NCBI RefSeq assembly: GCF_004010195.1
Contig: NC_057719.1
Span: 76,255,939 to 76,319,938, forward strand
Source: Chiloscyllium plagiosum
Lineage: Eukaryota
Direction of reading: 5' to 3'
Length of the DNA stretch: 64,000 nt
Part shown: in pieces, positions 25,726 to 39,493 of the stretch
Position numbering within the stretch: the stretch's first letter is position 1
Layout: each line of letters starts with the position of its first letter
The notes under the pieces: model-generated
What the model saw: only the letters and a program-made list of their open reading frames with translations
Database searches by the model: none
What the model was told of the DNA's origin: nothing
Made by a program: the position numbers and the translations under genes

Positions 25726-27478
25726 CATCTGTCCAAAATACATGTATCAAGATACCCTGCTGAGGCTGAATAGGCTCTGGTTAGATCACATCTGTAATAT
25801 TGTGTGCAGTTTTGGGCCCTGCATCGAAGGAAGGATGCATTGGCCTTGCAGGGGGTCCAGAGGAGGTTTACAGGAATGATCTCGGCGATGAAGGATTTGC
25901 AATATGAGGACTGGTTGAGGACTCCATGTCTGTACTCAATGGAGTTCTGAAGCATGAGGGGGATCTCACTGAAATCAGGGCATTAGAACAGAATGCAGAA
26001 TATAGTGTTACCGTTACAGAGAAGGTGTAGAAAAAGGTCAACTCTAATATATAAGAAATCCATTCATAAATCTGATAACAGTGAGGAAGAAGCTGTTCCT
26101 AAATCTATTGGTTTGTGATTTCAAATTTTTGTATCTTTTGTCCAGTGGGAAAGGCTGGTTACTGTGTATCTACACAGATTTCATCATAGACCTAGCTATT
26201 CAAAATGAGGCATTGTGGACTCTTAGCAGCTCTAGACTTGCTTATGACATAATGTGTAATTTCAAACATTGGCATATCCTTTTCTTATCATCAAGATAGG
26301 CTTAATGAAGAGTATAGGAAAATATGCTAGGGTGCCTGGAAATGGGAAAATATTTTATTGAAACCACCCACAGATGCATGGCAAACAGTGAAAACACAAA
26401 GATAGAGCTAAGCGGCTCCACAGCTGGTAGATCATGTCAAAATTGTCCAGTCCTATCACATGAAGTCATGTATGGTGGTTAAACAGCTAACCAGAGGAGA
26501 AAGTTCCAGAAGCATCGCCATTCTGACTAAAAAGGAAGCCTGCCACACAATTGCAAAAGTCACAGCTAAATTGTTTGCAGCCAGAAACGCTGAGTAGAAG
26601 ATTCATTTTGAGCTATAAAATCAGAAGTTAAAGGAGCAGAATTAAGCCATTCGTCCCATCGAGTCTGTTCTGTGATTTGACCGATATATTTCTCAACCTC
26701 ATTTTCCTGCCTTCCCCCTGTAACCCTTGATCACCTGACTAATCAATAACCTATCTTTCTCTGTCTTAAAGACACTGGCAGTAAGTTCCATAGATTCACC
26801 ACCCTCTGGCTGAAGAAATTCCTCCTAGCCTCCGTTCTATAGAGTCATTCCTTCACTCTGACGCTGTGCTCCTGGGTCCTGGTCTCTTGTCTACATCTGC
26901 ACTATCCAGGCTTCTCAGTATTCTGTAAGTTTCAGTGAGATCCCCCTCATGCTTCAGAACTCCATTGAGTACAAACATAGAGTCCTCAACCAGTCCTCAT
27001 ATTGCAAATCCTTCATCGCCAAGATTATTCCTGTAAACCTCCTCTGGAACCCCTGCAAGCCAACGCATCCTTCCTTTGATGCAGGGCCCAAAACTACTCA
27101 CAATGTTACAAATGTGATCTAACCAGATCCTGTACAGCCTCAGCAGTACATCCCTGCTTTTGTATTCTAATCCTCTTGAAATGAATGTTATTACTGCATT
27201 TGTCTTCCTAAAAGCCAACTGAACCTGCATGTTAACCTTAAGAGAATCCTGAACTAGAACTCCTAATGTATCAGATCTTCAAAGCCTTTACCCTTTTAGA
27301 AAATATGCCTCTATTTCTCCTATCAAATGTCACACTTTCCATGTTGTATTCCATCTGCCACTTCTTTGTCCATTCTCTTAGCACATCCACTTCTGCAACC
27401 TCCCCACCTCTTCAACACTACCTGTTCCTCCAATCATCTTTGTGTCATCAGCAAACTTCACAACAAGTCCATCTGTTC

Positions 27479-27710
27479 CTTCATCCAGATTGATTTGGAG
27501 AAGCCGGTGTTGGACTGGGGTGTGCAAAGTTAAAAATCACACAACACCAGATTATAGTCCAACAGGTTTAATTGGAAGGACTAGCTTTTGAAGTGCTGCT
27601 CCTTCACAATCACCTGATGAAGGAGCAGCGCTCTGAAAGCTAGTGTGCTTCCAATTAAACCTGTTGGACTATAACCTGGTGTTGTGTGATTTTTAACTTC
27701 ATCCAGATTG
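27479..27710 (-). mobile_element. Hairpin mini-element of a second Penelope-like family with 14-bp TSD CTTCATCCAGATTG
   Basis: TSD at 27479-27492 and 27697-27710. Inverted repeat 27527-27699, 34-nt tail 27493-27526, hammerhead core at 27614-27642. The PLE assignment is inferred from architecture. Confidence 0.8.
27611..27645 (+). ncRNA. Putative minimal hammerhead ribozyme
   Basis: cac-CTGATGA-aGGAGC-agc-GCTCT-GAAA-gc-TA-gtg contains the conserved core, stem II, palindromic AGCT stem III and a cac/gtg stem I. Confidence 0.65.
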
Positions 27711-29625
27711 TTAATGTATAATGTAAATAGTTGGGGTCTCAGCACTGGCCCTTGAATAACTCAGTAGTCACCGTCTGCCATCCGGAAAAAGACCCCTTTA
27801 TCCCTCACTTTCTGCCTTTGGCCTGTCAGCCAATCCTCTACCTGTGTCAGCACCTTGTCCCCAGCACCATGGGCTCTTATTCACCAGCCTCTGCGGTGAC
27901 ACCTTGTCGAAGGCTGTGATGGAAATTCAAATAGATCATGGTTTCTGGCTCTCCTTTATCTAATTTGCTCATTATATCCTCAAAGAATTCTAACAGATTT
28001 GTCAGGCTTGACCTCAGGCTCAGGTATGTCCTGTCCACAAAATACTGAACAACCCGGCCAATTACTTCCTCAGCAATCAACTCAGCAAAGTAATGGCAAG
28101 TGATTTTGAAAGTGTGACCAATTATCTGCCTCACTGATACCCAGTTTAGTTTCTACCAGGAACACTCAGATCCTCACCTTGTAAAAGACTTGGTCCAAGC
28201 ATGGATGGAAGAACTGCATTCCTGAAGTAAGGTGAGAGCACTTGTCAAGGTGACATTTATATTGAATAGGGCATCGAGCACCCATAGCAAAAATGTAAGT
28301 CAATGGGAATCATGGGAAAAATCTCCACTGACTGGAATCATGCTTATTATAAAGCAAGATGTGATTGTTGGAGGTCAATCATCTCAATCTCAGGACATGA
28401 CCACAGAGTTCTTATCCAAACCATCTTCAGCAGCTTCATGACTGACCTTCCCTACATCCTAAGGTGAGAGGGTAGAGATGTTCACCCAATTGCAGTGTTC
28501 AGCTCTATTTACAGTTCCTCAGACAAGGAAGCAGTCTTTACCTGTCTGCAGCAAAACTTGGACAATATTCAGGCTTGGGCTGATAAGCGGCAAGTGACTT
28601 ACAGCACACAGATGCATAGTAACTATCACTATCAAGTGTGGATCTTCCCCCTCACATTCAATCGTGTGCCATTTACTGGATCTGCTACCATCAACACTAT
28701 GGGGCATACCATTGACCAGAAACTTAACTGGATAAGCTAAACAAATCCTGTGGGCACAAAAGCAGATCCAAGGCTGGAATTCTGCAGCAACTAGCCCATG
28801 TCCTGACTTTCCAAAACAAGTCTATTGTCATCAAGGTATAGGTCAGGTATAACACTACAAAATTCTTGCAAACATTTAATGTCTGGAGAGACCAATCAGA
28901 GGAATATTGGTCCCATACTTGAAAAAGCAAAACATTGAATATCATTTTTAAGTTGCAATACAGTAACTTAATATGGTTTCGATGTTAGCACCTTGATCTA
29001 TCCACCAGAATTACAAGAGCACAAATGTAGCATATGCAAGTTTCCTGCAAACCACAAACAGCCATTATTCAACAATGTATAAGATCATGACATGTAGGAG
29101 CAGAAGTGGTCATTCAATCCACCAGATCTACTCTGCCAAAGAGATAGTTGGTATTTTCTCAACTCCATTTTCCTGCTTTTCCCCAGAAGCCTTGATTCCC
29201 TTACTAACTAAAAATCTATCTCACCTTTCAACATACTTAATGTCAAAGCCTCTACAACATCTGTACTAGAGAAATTCACAAATACATTATCTCTGAGATA
29301 AGAAATTCTTCCTCATCTCTGTCTTAAATGTGTGACCTGTTTTTCTGGCATTATGCCTCTGGTCCTATAGACTCTCCCACAAGAGGAAACACTATTTCTG
29401 CATCAACCGTGTTAATTCCCTTTAGAATCTTGTTTGTTGCAGTAAGGTTACCCTTCATTCTTTGTCATTCTTCCAATGAGTACAGATCCAATCTGCTCAA
29501 ACCCTCCTCATGAGAGACTCATTTCATACTTGGGATTAACTGATATGCTTCGAATGCCATATATCAGCCCAAAACTGTTCACAGTATTCTAGTTTTAGTC
29601 TGACTGGTTTCTTGTTTAGTGTTAG

Positions 29626-31703
29626 GCAAAAGTGAGGACTGCAGATGCTGGAGAGCAGAGTCTAGATTAGAGTGGTGCTGGAAAAGCACAGGAGGTCAGG
29701 CAGCATGTGAGGTGCAGGAAAATCGATGTTTCAGGCAAAAGCCCTTCATCAAGAATGAGGCAGGGAGTCTCCTGGCTGGAAAGATAAATGGGAAGGGGGT
29801 GGGGCTGGGAGAAGGTAGCTAAGAGTACAGTGCGTGGATGGAGGTGGGGTTGAAGGTGATAGGTCAGAGACGAGGGTGGAGTGGATAAGTGAGAAGGAAG
29901 ATTGGCAGGTAGGACAGGTCATGAGGATGGTGCTGAGCTCGAAGTTAGGAACTGGGGTAAGGTAGGGGGAGGGGAAATGAGGAAACTGGTGAAGTCCACA
30001 TTGATGTCCTGAGGTTGAAGTGTTCCGAGGCGGAAGATGAGGTGTTCTTCCTCCAGGCGTTGGGCGGTGAGGGAGTGGTGGTCGAGGAGGCCCAGGACCT
30101 CCATGTCCTCGGCAGAGTGGGAGGGGGAGTTGAAATGTTGGGCCACCGGGCAGTGGGGTCGATTGGTGCGGGTGTCCCAGAGATGTTCCCTAAAGTGCTC
30201 TGCAAGGAGGCGTCCAGTCTCCCCAATGTAGAGGAGACCGCATCGGGAGCAATGGATACAATAAATGATATTGTTAGATGTGCAGGTAAAACTTTGATGG
30301 ATGTGGAAGGGTCTTTTGGGGCCTTGGATAGAGGTGAGGGGGGAGGTGAGGGCGCAGGTTTTGCAATTCCTAATGTGGCAGGGGAAAGTGCCAGGATGGG
30401 AGGGTGGGTTGTTGGGGGGTGTGGACCTAACCAGGTAGTCATGGAGGGAACGGTCTTTGTGGAAAGCGGAAATGGGTGGGGAGGGAAATTTATCTCTGAT
30501 GGTGGGGTCCGTTTGAAGATGGTGGAAATGTCGGTGAATGATGCGGTTTATGCGAAGGTTGGTAGGGTGGAAAGTGAGGATCGGGGTATTCTGTCCTTGT
30601 TGCATTTGGAAGGGTGGGATCTGAGGGCGGAGGTGTGGACGTGGATGAGATGCGTTGGAGGGCATCTTCAACCACGTGGGAAGGGAAATTATGGTCTTTA
30701 AACAAGGGGGCCATCTGGTGTGTTCTGTGGTGGAACTGGTCCTCCTGGGAGCAGATACAGCGGAGGCGGAGGCATTGGGAATACAGGATAGCATTTTTGC
30801 TGGAGGTAGCATTGGAAGAGGTGTAATCCAGGTAGCTGTGGGAGTCGGTGGGTTTGTAAAAAATGTCAGTGTCAAGTCAGTCGTCATTAATGGAGATGGA
30901 GAGGTCCAGGTAGGGGAGGGAAGTGTCAGAGATGGTTTAGGTGAATTTAAGGTCAGGGTGGAATGTGTTGGTGAAGTTGATGAACTGCTCAACCTCCTCA
31001 CGGGAGCATGAGGTGACGCCAATGCAGTCATCAATGTAGCGGAGGAAGAAGTGGGGAGTGGTGCCGGTGTAACTACGGAAGATGGACCATTCTACATAGC
31101 CAACAAAGAGACAGGCATAGCTGGGGCCCACGCAGGTGCCCATAGCTACCCCTTTCGTCTGGAGGAAGTGGTAGGATTCAAAGGAGAAATTGTTAAGGGT
31201 GAGGACCAGTTCAGCCAAACGAATGAGAGTGTCAGTGGAAGGGTATTGGTGGGGATGTTGGGAGAGGAAGAAACAGAGGGCATGGAGGCCCTGGTCATGG
31301 CAGAGTGAGGTGTAGAGGGATTGGATATCCATGGTGAAGATAGGCATTGGGAGCCAGGGAATCGGAAGCCTTGGAGGAAGTGGAGGGCGTGAGTGGTGAG
31401 TTCCTGGACTTGGGGTAATAGGACACTATCGAGGTAAGTGGAGATGAGTTCAGTGGGGCAGGAGGCTGAGGCTATGGGTCAGCCAGGGTGGTCAGGCTTG
31501 TGGATCTTGGGAAGGAGGTAGAATCGAGCAGTGCGTGGTTCCCAGACTGTGAGGTTGGAAGCTGTGGGTGGGAGATCTCCTGAGGTGATGAGGTTGTGTA
31601 TGGTCTGGGAGATGATGGTTTGGTGATGGGGGGTTGGGTCATGGTCAAGGGGGCGCCAGGAGGAGGTGTCTTCGAGTTGGCTCCTGGCTTTAGCGATGCA
31701 GAG
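29626..31703 (-). mobile_element. 5'-truncated Penelope-like retroelement (RT + GIY-YIG), frameshifted
   Basis: FYLLPKIHKPDHPG, MDIQSLYTS, GVAMGT..GPSYACLFVG, FLRYIDD, FTCTSNNIIYCIHCSRCGLLYIGETGR..FREH. Confidence 0.95.
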
Positions 31704-31938
31704 TCTCAAATGCTATATATCAGTAGATATTGAGCCCAAAACTGTTTACAGTATTCTATAGTCTGATCAGTGTCTTGTATAGTGTTAGCAACACCTCCTT
31801 ATTTTTATACTCCACTCCCAGTTTATAAAGGTCAACATTCTATTTGCCTTCCCCATGAAATTATATGCTATCCTTCTTGTAATTTGTGCAGCAGGACTCC
31901 CAAATTCTGTGTTATAATTCTCTGCAGTCTTTCTCCAA

Positions 31939-33272
31939 ACATGGACTGGGACTGCCATAGTGTTAAGGGCTTAGATGGAGAGGAATTTGTGAAGCATGTA
32001 CAAGAATTTTTTCTGATTCAGTATGTGGATGTACCTACTACAGAAGGTGCAAAACTTGACCTACTCTTGGGAAGTAAGGCGGGGTAGGTGACTGAGGTGT
32101 CAGTGGGGGAGCACTTTGGGGCCAGCGACCATAATTTTATTAGTTTTCAAATAGTGATGGAAATGGAAAGACCAGATCTAAACGTTAAAGTTCTAAATTG
32201 GAGAAAGCTAATTTTGAAAGCATTAGGCAAGAACTTTCAAAAGCTGATTGGGGGCAGATGTTCGCAGGTAAAGGGGCGGCTGGAAAATGGGAAGCCTTCA
32301 GAAATGACATAACGAGAATCCAGGGAAAGTATATTCCTGTCAGGGTGAAAGGAAAGGCTGGTAGGTATAGGGAGTGCTGGATGACTAAAGAAATTGAGGG
32401 TTTGGTTATGAAAAAGAAGGAAACACATGTCAGGTATAGACAGAATAGATCAAGTGAATCCTTAGAAGAGTAAAAAGGCAGTCAGAGTATACTTAAGAGG
32501 GAAATCAGGAGGGCAAAAAGGGGACATGAGATAGCTTTGGCAAATAGAGTTAGGGAGACTCCAAAGGGTTTTTACAATTACATTAAGGAAAGAAGGGTAA
32601 CTGGGGAGAGAATAGGACTCTTCAAAGATCAGCAAGGCACCCTTTATGTGGAGCCGCAGGAGACGGGGGAGATACTAAATAAGTATTTTGCATCAGTATT
32701 TACTGTGGAAAAGGACATGGAAGATATAGAATGTAGGAAAATAGATGGTGACATCTTGAAAAATGTCCATATTACAGAGGAGGAAGTGTTGCATGTCTTG
32801 AAATGCATAAAAGTGAATAAATCCCCAGGACCTGATCAGGTGTACCCGAGAACTCTAGGGACGTGATTGCTGGGCCCCTTGCTGAGTTATTTATATCATC
32901 AATAGTCACAGGTGAGGTACGGGAAGACTGGAGGTTGGAAAATGTGGTGCCACTGTTTAAGAAAGGTGATAAGGATAAGCCATGAAAGTATAGACCAGTG
33001 AGCCTGGCATCGGTGGTGGGCAAGTTGTTGGAGGGAATCCTGAGGGACAGGATGTACGTATATTTGGAAAGACAAGGACTGATTAGGAATAGTCAACATG
33101 GCTTTGTGCATGGGAACTTATGTCTCACAAACTTGCTTGAGTTTTTTGAAGAAGTAACAAAGAGGATTGATGAGGGCAGAGCGGTAAATGTGATCTATAT
33201 GTAAGGCATTCAGTAAGGCGTTCGGCAAGGTTCCCCATGGGAGACTTAGCAAGGTTAGATCTCATGGAATAT
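31939..33272 (+). mobile_element. CR1 LINE ORF2 fragment (endonuclease end to RT start)
   Basis: QYVDVPTTEGAKLDLLLG, GEHFGASDHN, KSPGPDQVYPR, SQHGFVHG..CLTNLLEFFEEVT. Confidence 0.9.
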
Positions 33273-35682
33273 AGGGAGAAGATGGTAAAAGAGGGGGAGG
33301 TGTGGCATTGTTAGTAAGGACAGTATTACGGTTGCAGAAAGGACGTTTGAGGACTCGTCTACTAAGGTAGCGTGGGCTGAGGTTAGAAACAGGAAAGGAG
33401 AGAATTGCAAAGATGATCTTTGATAGGAGCAACAGCAACAGTGTGGTTGTTATGGGTGACTTTAAATTTCCAAATATTGACTGGAAATGCAGTTCGAGTG
33501 CTTTAGATGGGTCAGTTTTTGTCCAATGTGTGCAGGAGAGCTTCCTGACACAGTATGTAGATGTACCAACAAGGAGCGAGGCCACATTGGATTTGGTACT
33601 GGGTAATGAACCTGGCCAGGTGTTAGATTGGGAGGTAGGTGAGCACTTTGGTGAAAGCAACCACAATTTTGATATGTTTACTTTAGCGATGGAAAGGGAT
33701 AAGTAAATATCACAGTGCAGGAGTTGTAGCTGGGGTAAAGGCAATTATAACTGGATTAGGAATGATTGAATCTCTTGTCAAGAGGAAGAGGAAGGCTTAT
33801 GTTAGGATGAGATGCGAAGGCTCAGTTAGGGCACTTGAGAGTTACAAGTTAGCCAGGAAAGACCTAAAGAGGGAGCTAAGAAGAGCCAGCAGGGGACATG
33901 AGAAGTCATTGGCAGATAGGATCAAGGGAAACCCTAAAACTTTCTATAGGTATATCAGGAATAAAAGAATTACTAAAATAAGATTAGGGCTAATCAAGGA
34001 CAGTAGTGGGAAGTGGAGTTCAGAGGAGATAGGAGAAGCGCTAAATTAATATTTTTCGTCAGCATTCACACTAGAAAAAGACAATGTTGTCGATGAGAAT
34101 ATTGAGATACAGGCTACTAGACGAGATGGGATTGAGGTTCATAAGGAGGCGGTGTTAGTAATTCTGGAAAGTGTAAAAAATAATCCCCTGGGCCGGATAG
34201 AATTTATCCTAGAATTCTCTGGGAAGCCACGGAGGAGATTGCAGAGCCTTTGGATTTGATCTTTATGTCACCATTGTCCACACGAATAGTGCCAGAAGAC
34301 TGGAGGATAGCAAATGTTGTTCCCTTGTATAAGAAGGGGAGTAGAGACAACCCTGATAATTATAGACCAGTAAGCCTTACTTCGGTTGTGGGTAAAATTT
34401 GCAAAAGGTTATAAGAGATAGGATTTATAATCATCCAGGAAGGAATAAGTTGATTAGGGATAGTCAACACAGTTACGTGAAAGGTAGGTTGTGCCTCACA
34501 ACTATTATTTAGTTCTTTGAGAAGATGACCAAACAGGTGGATGAGGGTAAAGCAGTTGATGTGGTGTTTATGGATTTCAGTAAGGCATTTGATAACGTTC
34601 CCCACAGCAGGCTATGCATAAAGTAGAGAGGCATGGGATTGAGGGTAATTTAGCATTTGGGTCAGAAATTGGCTAGCTGAAAGAAGACAGAGGGTGGTGG
34701 TTGATGGGAAATGTTCATCCTGGAGTTCAGTTACTCGTGGTGCACCACAATGATCTGTTTTGGGTCCACTGCTGTTTGGCAGTTTTATAAAGAGTGTAGA
34801 AGGATGGGTTAAAAAATTTGCAGATGACACTAAGGTTGGTGGAGTTGTGAACAGCGCTGAATGATGTTGCAGGTTACAGAGGGACATAGATAAGCTGCAG
34901 AGCTGGGCTGAGAGGTGGCAAATGGAATTTAATGTGGAAAAGTGTGAGGTGATTCACTCAAGGAGCAACAGGAATAAAGAGTCCTGGGCTGATGGTAAGA
35001 TTCTTGGCAGTGTAGATGAGCAGAGATATTTTAGTGTCCATGTACATGGATCCCTGAAAGTTGCCACCATGTTGATAGGGTTGTTAAGAAGGCATATAGT
35101 GTATTAGCTTTTATTGGTAGAGGGAATTGAGTTTCAGAATCAGGAGATCACGCTGCAGCTGTATAAAACTCTTGTGCCGGCGCACTTGGAGTATTGCATA
35201 CAGTTCTGGTCACCACATTAAAGGAAGGATGTTAAAGCTTTAGAAAGGGTTCAGAGGCAATTAACTTGGATGTTGCCTGGTATGGAGGGAAGGTCTTATG
35301 AAGAAAGGCTGAAGGACTTGAGGCTGGTTTTGTTAGAGAGAAGGTTGAGAGGTGATTTGATTGAGACTTTTAAGATAAGCAGCGGGTTAGGCAAGGAGGA
35401 CAGCGAGAACTTTTTTCCTCAGGTGGTGATGGCTAGCAGGAGGGGACATAGCTTTAAATTAATGGGTGATAAATATAGGACAGATGTCAGAGGAAGTTTC
35501 TTTACTCAGAAAATCTGCAACAATAGTAGACTTGCCAACCTTAAGAGCATTTAAATGGTCATTGGATAAACATATGGATGAAAATGGAATAGTGTAAGTT
35601 AGATTGGCTTCAGATTGGTTCCACAGGTTGGCGCAACATCAAGGGCTGAAGGACCTGTACTGCAGTGTAATGTTCTATGTAA
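33273..35682 (+). mobile_element. Second CR1 LINE copy (ORF2 to 3' tail, internal deletion, stops)
   Basis: VVMGDFKFPNIDW..LDLVLGNEPGQV, KFADDTKVGG, RLRGDLIETFKI and a TGTTCTATG tail. Confidence 0.9.
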
Positions 35683-36414
35683 TTCTTTTAATATCCCAGT
35701 TTGCAATCCATCATGTTCAGGGGACCTTTCTGAGATTTTTAGCCCTGTTACTTAGTTTCTTAGCACTTTTTCTTCAGTAATAATTATTGTATTTATTTCC
35801 TTTCTTCCTTTTGCCATTGACTATTTAATAATTCTGAAATTCTAGTACTGCCTTCTACTGTAAAGGCTAAAACAAAGTCATTATTCAACTTTTCTACCAT
35901 TTCCTGGTTGCTCATTATTATTCTACTACCTTTTATCTCTAAGGGGTCCATGTTAACTTTGGCCTCTCTCTTCCTTTTCAAACATTAATGGAGTTTTTGC
36001 TGACTATCTTGATATTATTTGAAAGTTTATCTCCTTTCCTTTGGTTGTCATTTGTTCGTTTTTGAAACGTTCCCAAATCTCCAGCTTAAGATCAATCTTT
36101 ACCACATTGTGTGCTTTCTTCTTTGAATTTGATGTTATCTTTAACTTTTCTGGTTAACCAGGATTGGTTTATCCCTTCCTAGATTCCTACTGCTTCACAT
36201 CTTTATTATGAGCAATGATCTATTTTCTTAAACATCTGCCATTTTTCCTCAACCACCTTTGCTGCTAAGCTCCATACACAGTCCACTCCAGCCGTCTTCA
36301 TTCATTTGTAATTACAGTATTTGTATTTAAATTTAGCAAAGTTGTATCTGACCCAAGTTTCTCTCTCTCAAAGTGAATTCTAAATTCTATGATATTCTCA
36401 CTATTTCCGAAGAT

Positions 36415-36750
36415 TTAGAATCATAGAACCCATACAGTCTGGAAGATACTGCCCATCAAGTCCACACCGATTCGTCGAAGAGTATCCCACCCAGACACAA
36501 TCCCTACCCTATCCCTGCGTTTCCCACAGCTAATTCACCTAGTCTGCACATCCCTGGACACTAAAGCATGGCTAATTTCCAATTAACCTATACATCATTG
36601 ATGTAGGAAGAAACCAGAATACCTGGAGGAAACCCTCACAGACATAGGGAGAATGTACAAACTCCATACAGACAGTTGCCCAAGGGTGAAATTGAACTTG
36701 GGTCCCTGCCGCTGTTAGGCAGCGGTGCTAACCACTTAGCCACCGTGCTA
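36415..36750 (-). mobile_element. tRNA-derived SINE (HE1-like)
   Basis: GTGCTAACCACTTAGCCACCGTGC head on the minus strand. Confidence 0.8.
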
Positions 36751-37539
36751 CATACTTAGAGCTCCATGCAGAACAAAATACACTCAGCCTCAATCTCTAA
36801 ATTCTAGCGGGGGGACAATGGCAGTCACCCGCAATGTTCCTGGAGCTTAAGTAAAATGTTCAGTTTAGTGTAAATAAATGTCAAAGAACAAGAGGACTGG
36901 ACTCAGGTCAGTATCTTACTCTTGGTTACATCACTTGCCAACATTCACTAGTCCCTGAAAGTTGGCCATTTGGTCAGCCATTGCCAATACCCAGTATAAA
37001 TTACTGTAAAAAGCAGAAAAATGTCAGAGAAGGGAGGATTTCGGGGAAGGGAATCCATAATACAATGCCTTCAGGAGTTAAATGGATCTTTGCCTAAGCA
37101 ACAACTGCTTTAAATTATGGTGGTGACTTTGGACTGTACAGGTGCACTATATTCAATAGCTCCCCATATGAAGTTCTGTAAGCTGAGAAAAAAAATCTTA
37201 ACTCAAGAGCTCTTGCCAAGGATCCAGCTAAAGAATAACAAACATCACCATATGTTAAAGCAGTTGGCCATGCAATGCATTGCTGTTTTTATGTGAAAGA
37301 GTTGAGTTTACATAAATACAGAATCAGGGAATACCACTTTAGTCAGACCTCCAGAGTTAAGCAAAGAGATTTGGAACATCAACATTGATTTCATTGGCTT
37401 CTAGTAGGGAAAAGAAAAAAAAAATGACTGCATCAGAAATTCAAAGATCTCAAATTGTTATGTAAGCAATAAATTATTTTAATGCATTTAATAGACATTT
37501 TTACAGTTAAAAGTGACTGCCATTTCAAAACCATTTCCA

Positions 37540-38640
37540 TTATCAATTAAGATGGGTGACCAGTTAATCTCAATTCGTGGAGGTAGTTGGGAGAAGAGGA
37601 TTGGCCAGGATATCTCTGAAACAGATGCCAGAAGTGAGGGGAGAGTGATTGCCCTCGCCATCAAGATATAATTTGACTGAGTATGGCATCAAGGAGCCTT
37701 AGTAAAACTGAAGTAAGATAGTTATAATGGAGAAAACTTTTTTCTGATCGAAGTCTCTCAAACAAATGAAGATGGTTGCTGAAAGTCAATCGCCTCAGTC
37801 CCAGGACATCCCTGAGGGAATTCCTTAGGGTAGCATCTTAGGCTGACTCGTTGTGCAATCAATGTTCAGCACCATTTACAACTCCTCAGATACTGAAGAA
37901 GTCTGTGTGCATGTGCAGCATGACCTTGACATTCAGGTAATAAGTGGCAAATTACTTTCAAACTACACAAGTGTGTAATAACTACCTTCAAAAAATAGAA
38001 ACTCCCAATGGAATTCAATTGTATTATTATTGCTAAACCTACCACCATCAATATTCTTGGAGATTACCACTGACCAAAAACCTAACTGTCTAAGCTACAT
38101 ATATCCTATGAGTACAAGAACAGGTCAAAGGCTGAGAGTTCTGTGGTAAATAACTCATCCAGATTCCACAATGCATATTTACCATTTACAAGACATAATC
38201 AGATATATAATGGGATGCTCTGCACTTTGTTATGAGTACAGCTTCAAGGTGACTCTAGAAGTTTGACGCCATTTAGGACAAAGCTGCCCAATTGACTGCT
38301 TCTTCATCCACTGCTGACGAACATCAGCAGTGTGTACAAGATTCATTGCAGCAACTCACTAAAACACCAACCACAGCCACTTCAAAACTCAGGACTAAAC
38401 CACTTAAAAGGACAATGGCAGCACATGCATATGAACAACTCTACCCGAAAGCTTATATCCAAGCTACACACCACCTGACTTGGGATTATATCAACATTCC
38501 TTGTTTATTGCTGGATCAGTCTTGGAACTCTTTTCTATAATGGCACTGTGGGTATACCTACACCAAATGGACTGCAAAGGTTCAAGAAGGTGGTTCACGA
38601 GACACATTTTCCAGGCAATTGCAGATGGACAATAAATGTA
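37540..38640 (+). mobile_element. Old LINE RT/3' remnant; related pieces at ~13400-13620 and ~28050-28860
   Basis: All three loci share an ACCA[T/C]TGACCA.AAACT.AACT motif, and the ORF track shows LQQNLDNIQAWADKRQV at 28495. Confidence 0.6.
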
Positions 38641-39493
38641 GTCAAGGTTGTGTCCTCAGGTCCATGACAGGTTTCTGTGATTTCAGATTCTAGCTATAAA
38701 CATGAAGATAGCGCAAGTCTGAGCATGTGGCAAACATCCAATAAATTGTCTGACCTCTCAACAAAAAGAATCATACATTCTGAAGGGAACTGGGCCAAAA
38801 CATTTCATACATTATTGCTTAATTGACTAGATCATGCAGCACAATGTACCTATCCCTAGTGCTCTTATTCCTGAAAATCTCTTCCAACCCAGTACAACAG
38901 GAAACTACCAAAAGTCTAAAATCAACCCCATACCAGTCACAAACCTCCTACCTTCACTTCACAAGCAGCACTGAAATAAGCCTGAGTACATGCTTACTGC
39001 CATCCCACTCACTTTCTGGTACTGGAGCCTAATTTTGTCCAATTGAGAAAGGAATATCTGGGATATGTGCTGATCTGCAATGTAAAATAATAAACAAATT
39101 GCTTGATGATTGCATAAAATTTACTTTTTGATGAATGATAATAATGTAGATGCTTTGAGTACAAGTAAATTTAGACAACTGCATCAAATCCCATAATATT
39201 ACTTAAAAAAAGCATAATTGTGTGAAAACTTAAAGTGTGTTTAAATCAAATGCATTATAACTTATAATTGTTTTTATATATCAGTGAGTCATTTGAAACA
39301 ACCATTGCATTGGGTCTGAAATGTATACAAACCATCATTCTGATGGTGATTTGAACGCGTGTTTGCTGTCTGCAAGCTGATAGTTATCATCTGTCCGTTC
39401 CTGAGGCAAGCATTATATAAGCTGTATTTGACCACCACAGCAACTGAAAGGCTAGTTACTAGGTGTCACAAGTTGCCTTATACTTGTATATGT

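Larger units (their letters stand above)
26615..28020 (-). mobile_element. CR1 LINE remnant (RT to 3' end), interrupted by the hairpin element
   Basis: ISRGLEYKSRDVLLRLY and LTNLLEFFEDIMSKLDKGEP..IYL motifs. Confidence 0.8.

Noticed and set aside
29919..31034. 371-aa ORF as an intact or domesticated GIY-YIG gene
   Set aside because: Its N-terminal part is out-of-frame PLE RT sequence, and the element is truncated and frameshifted.
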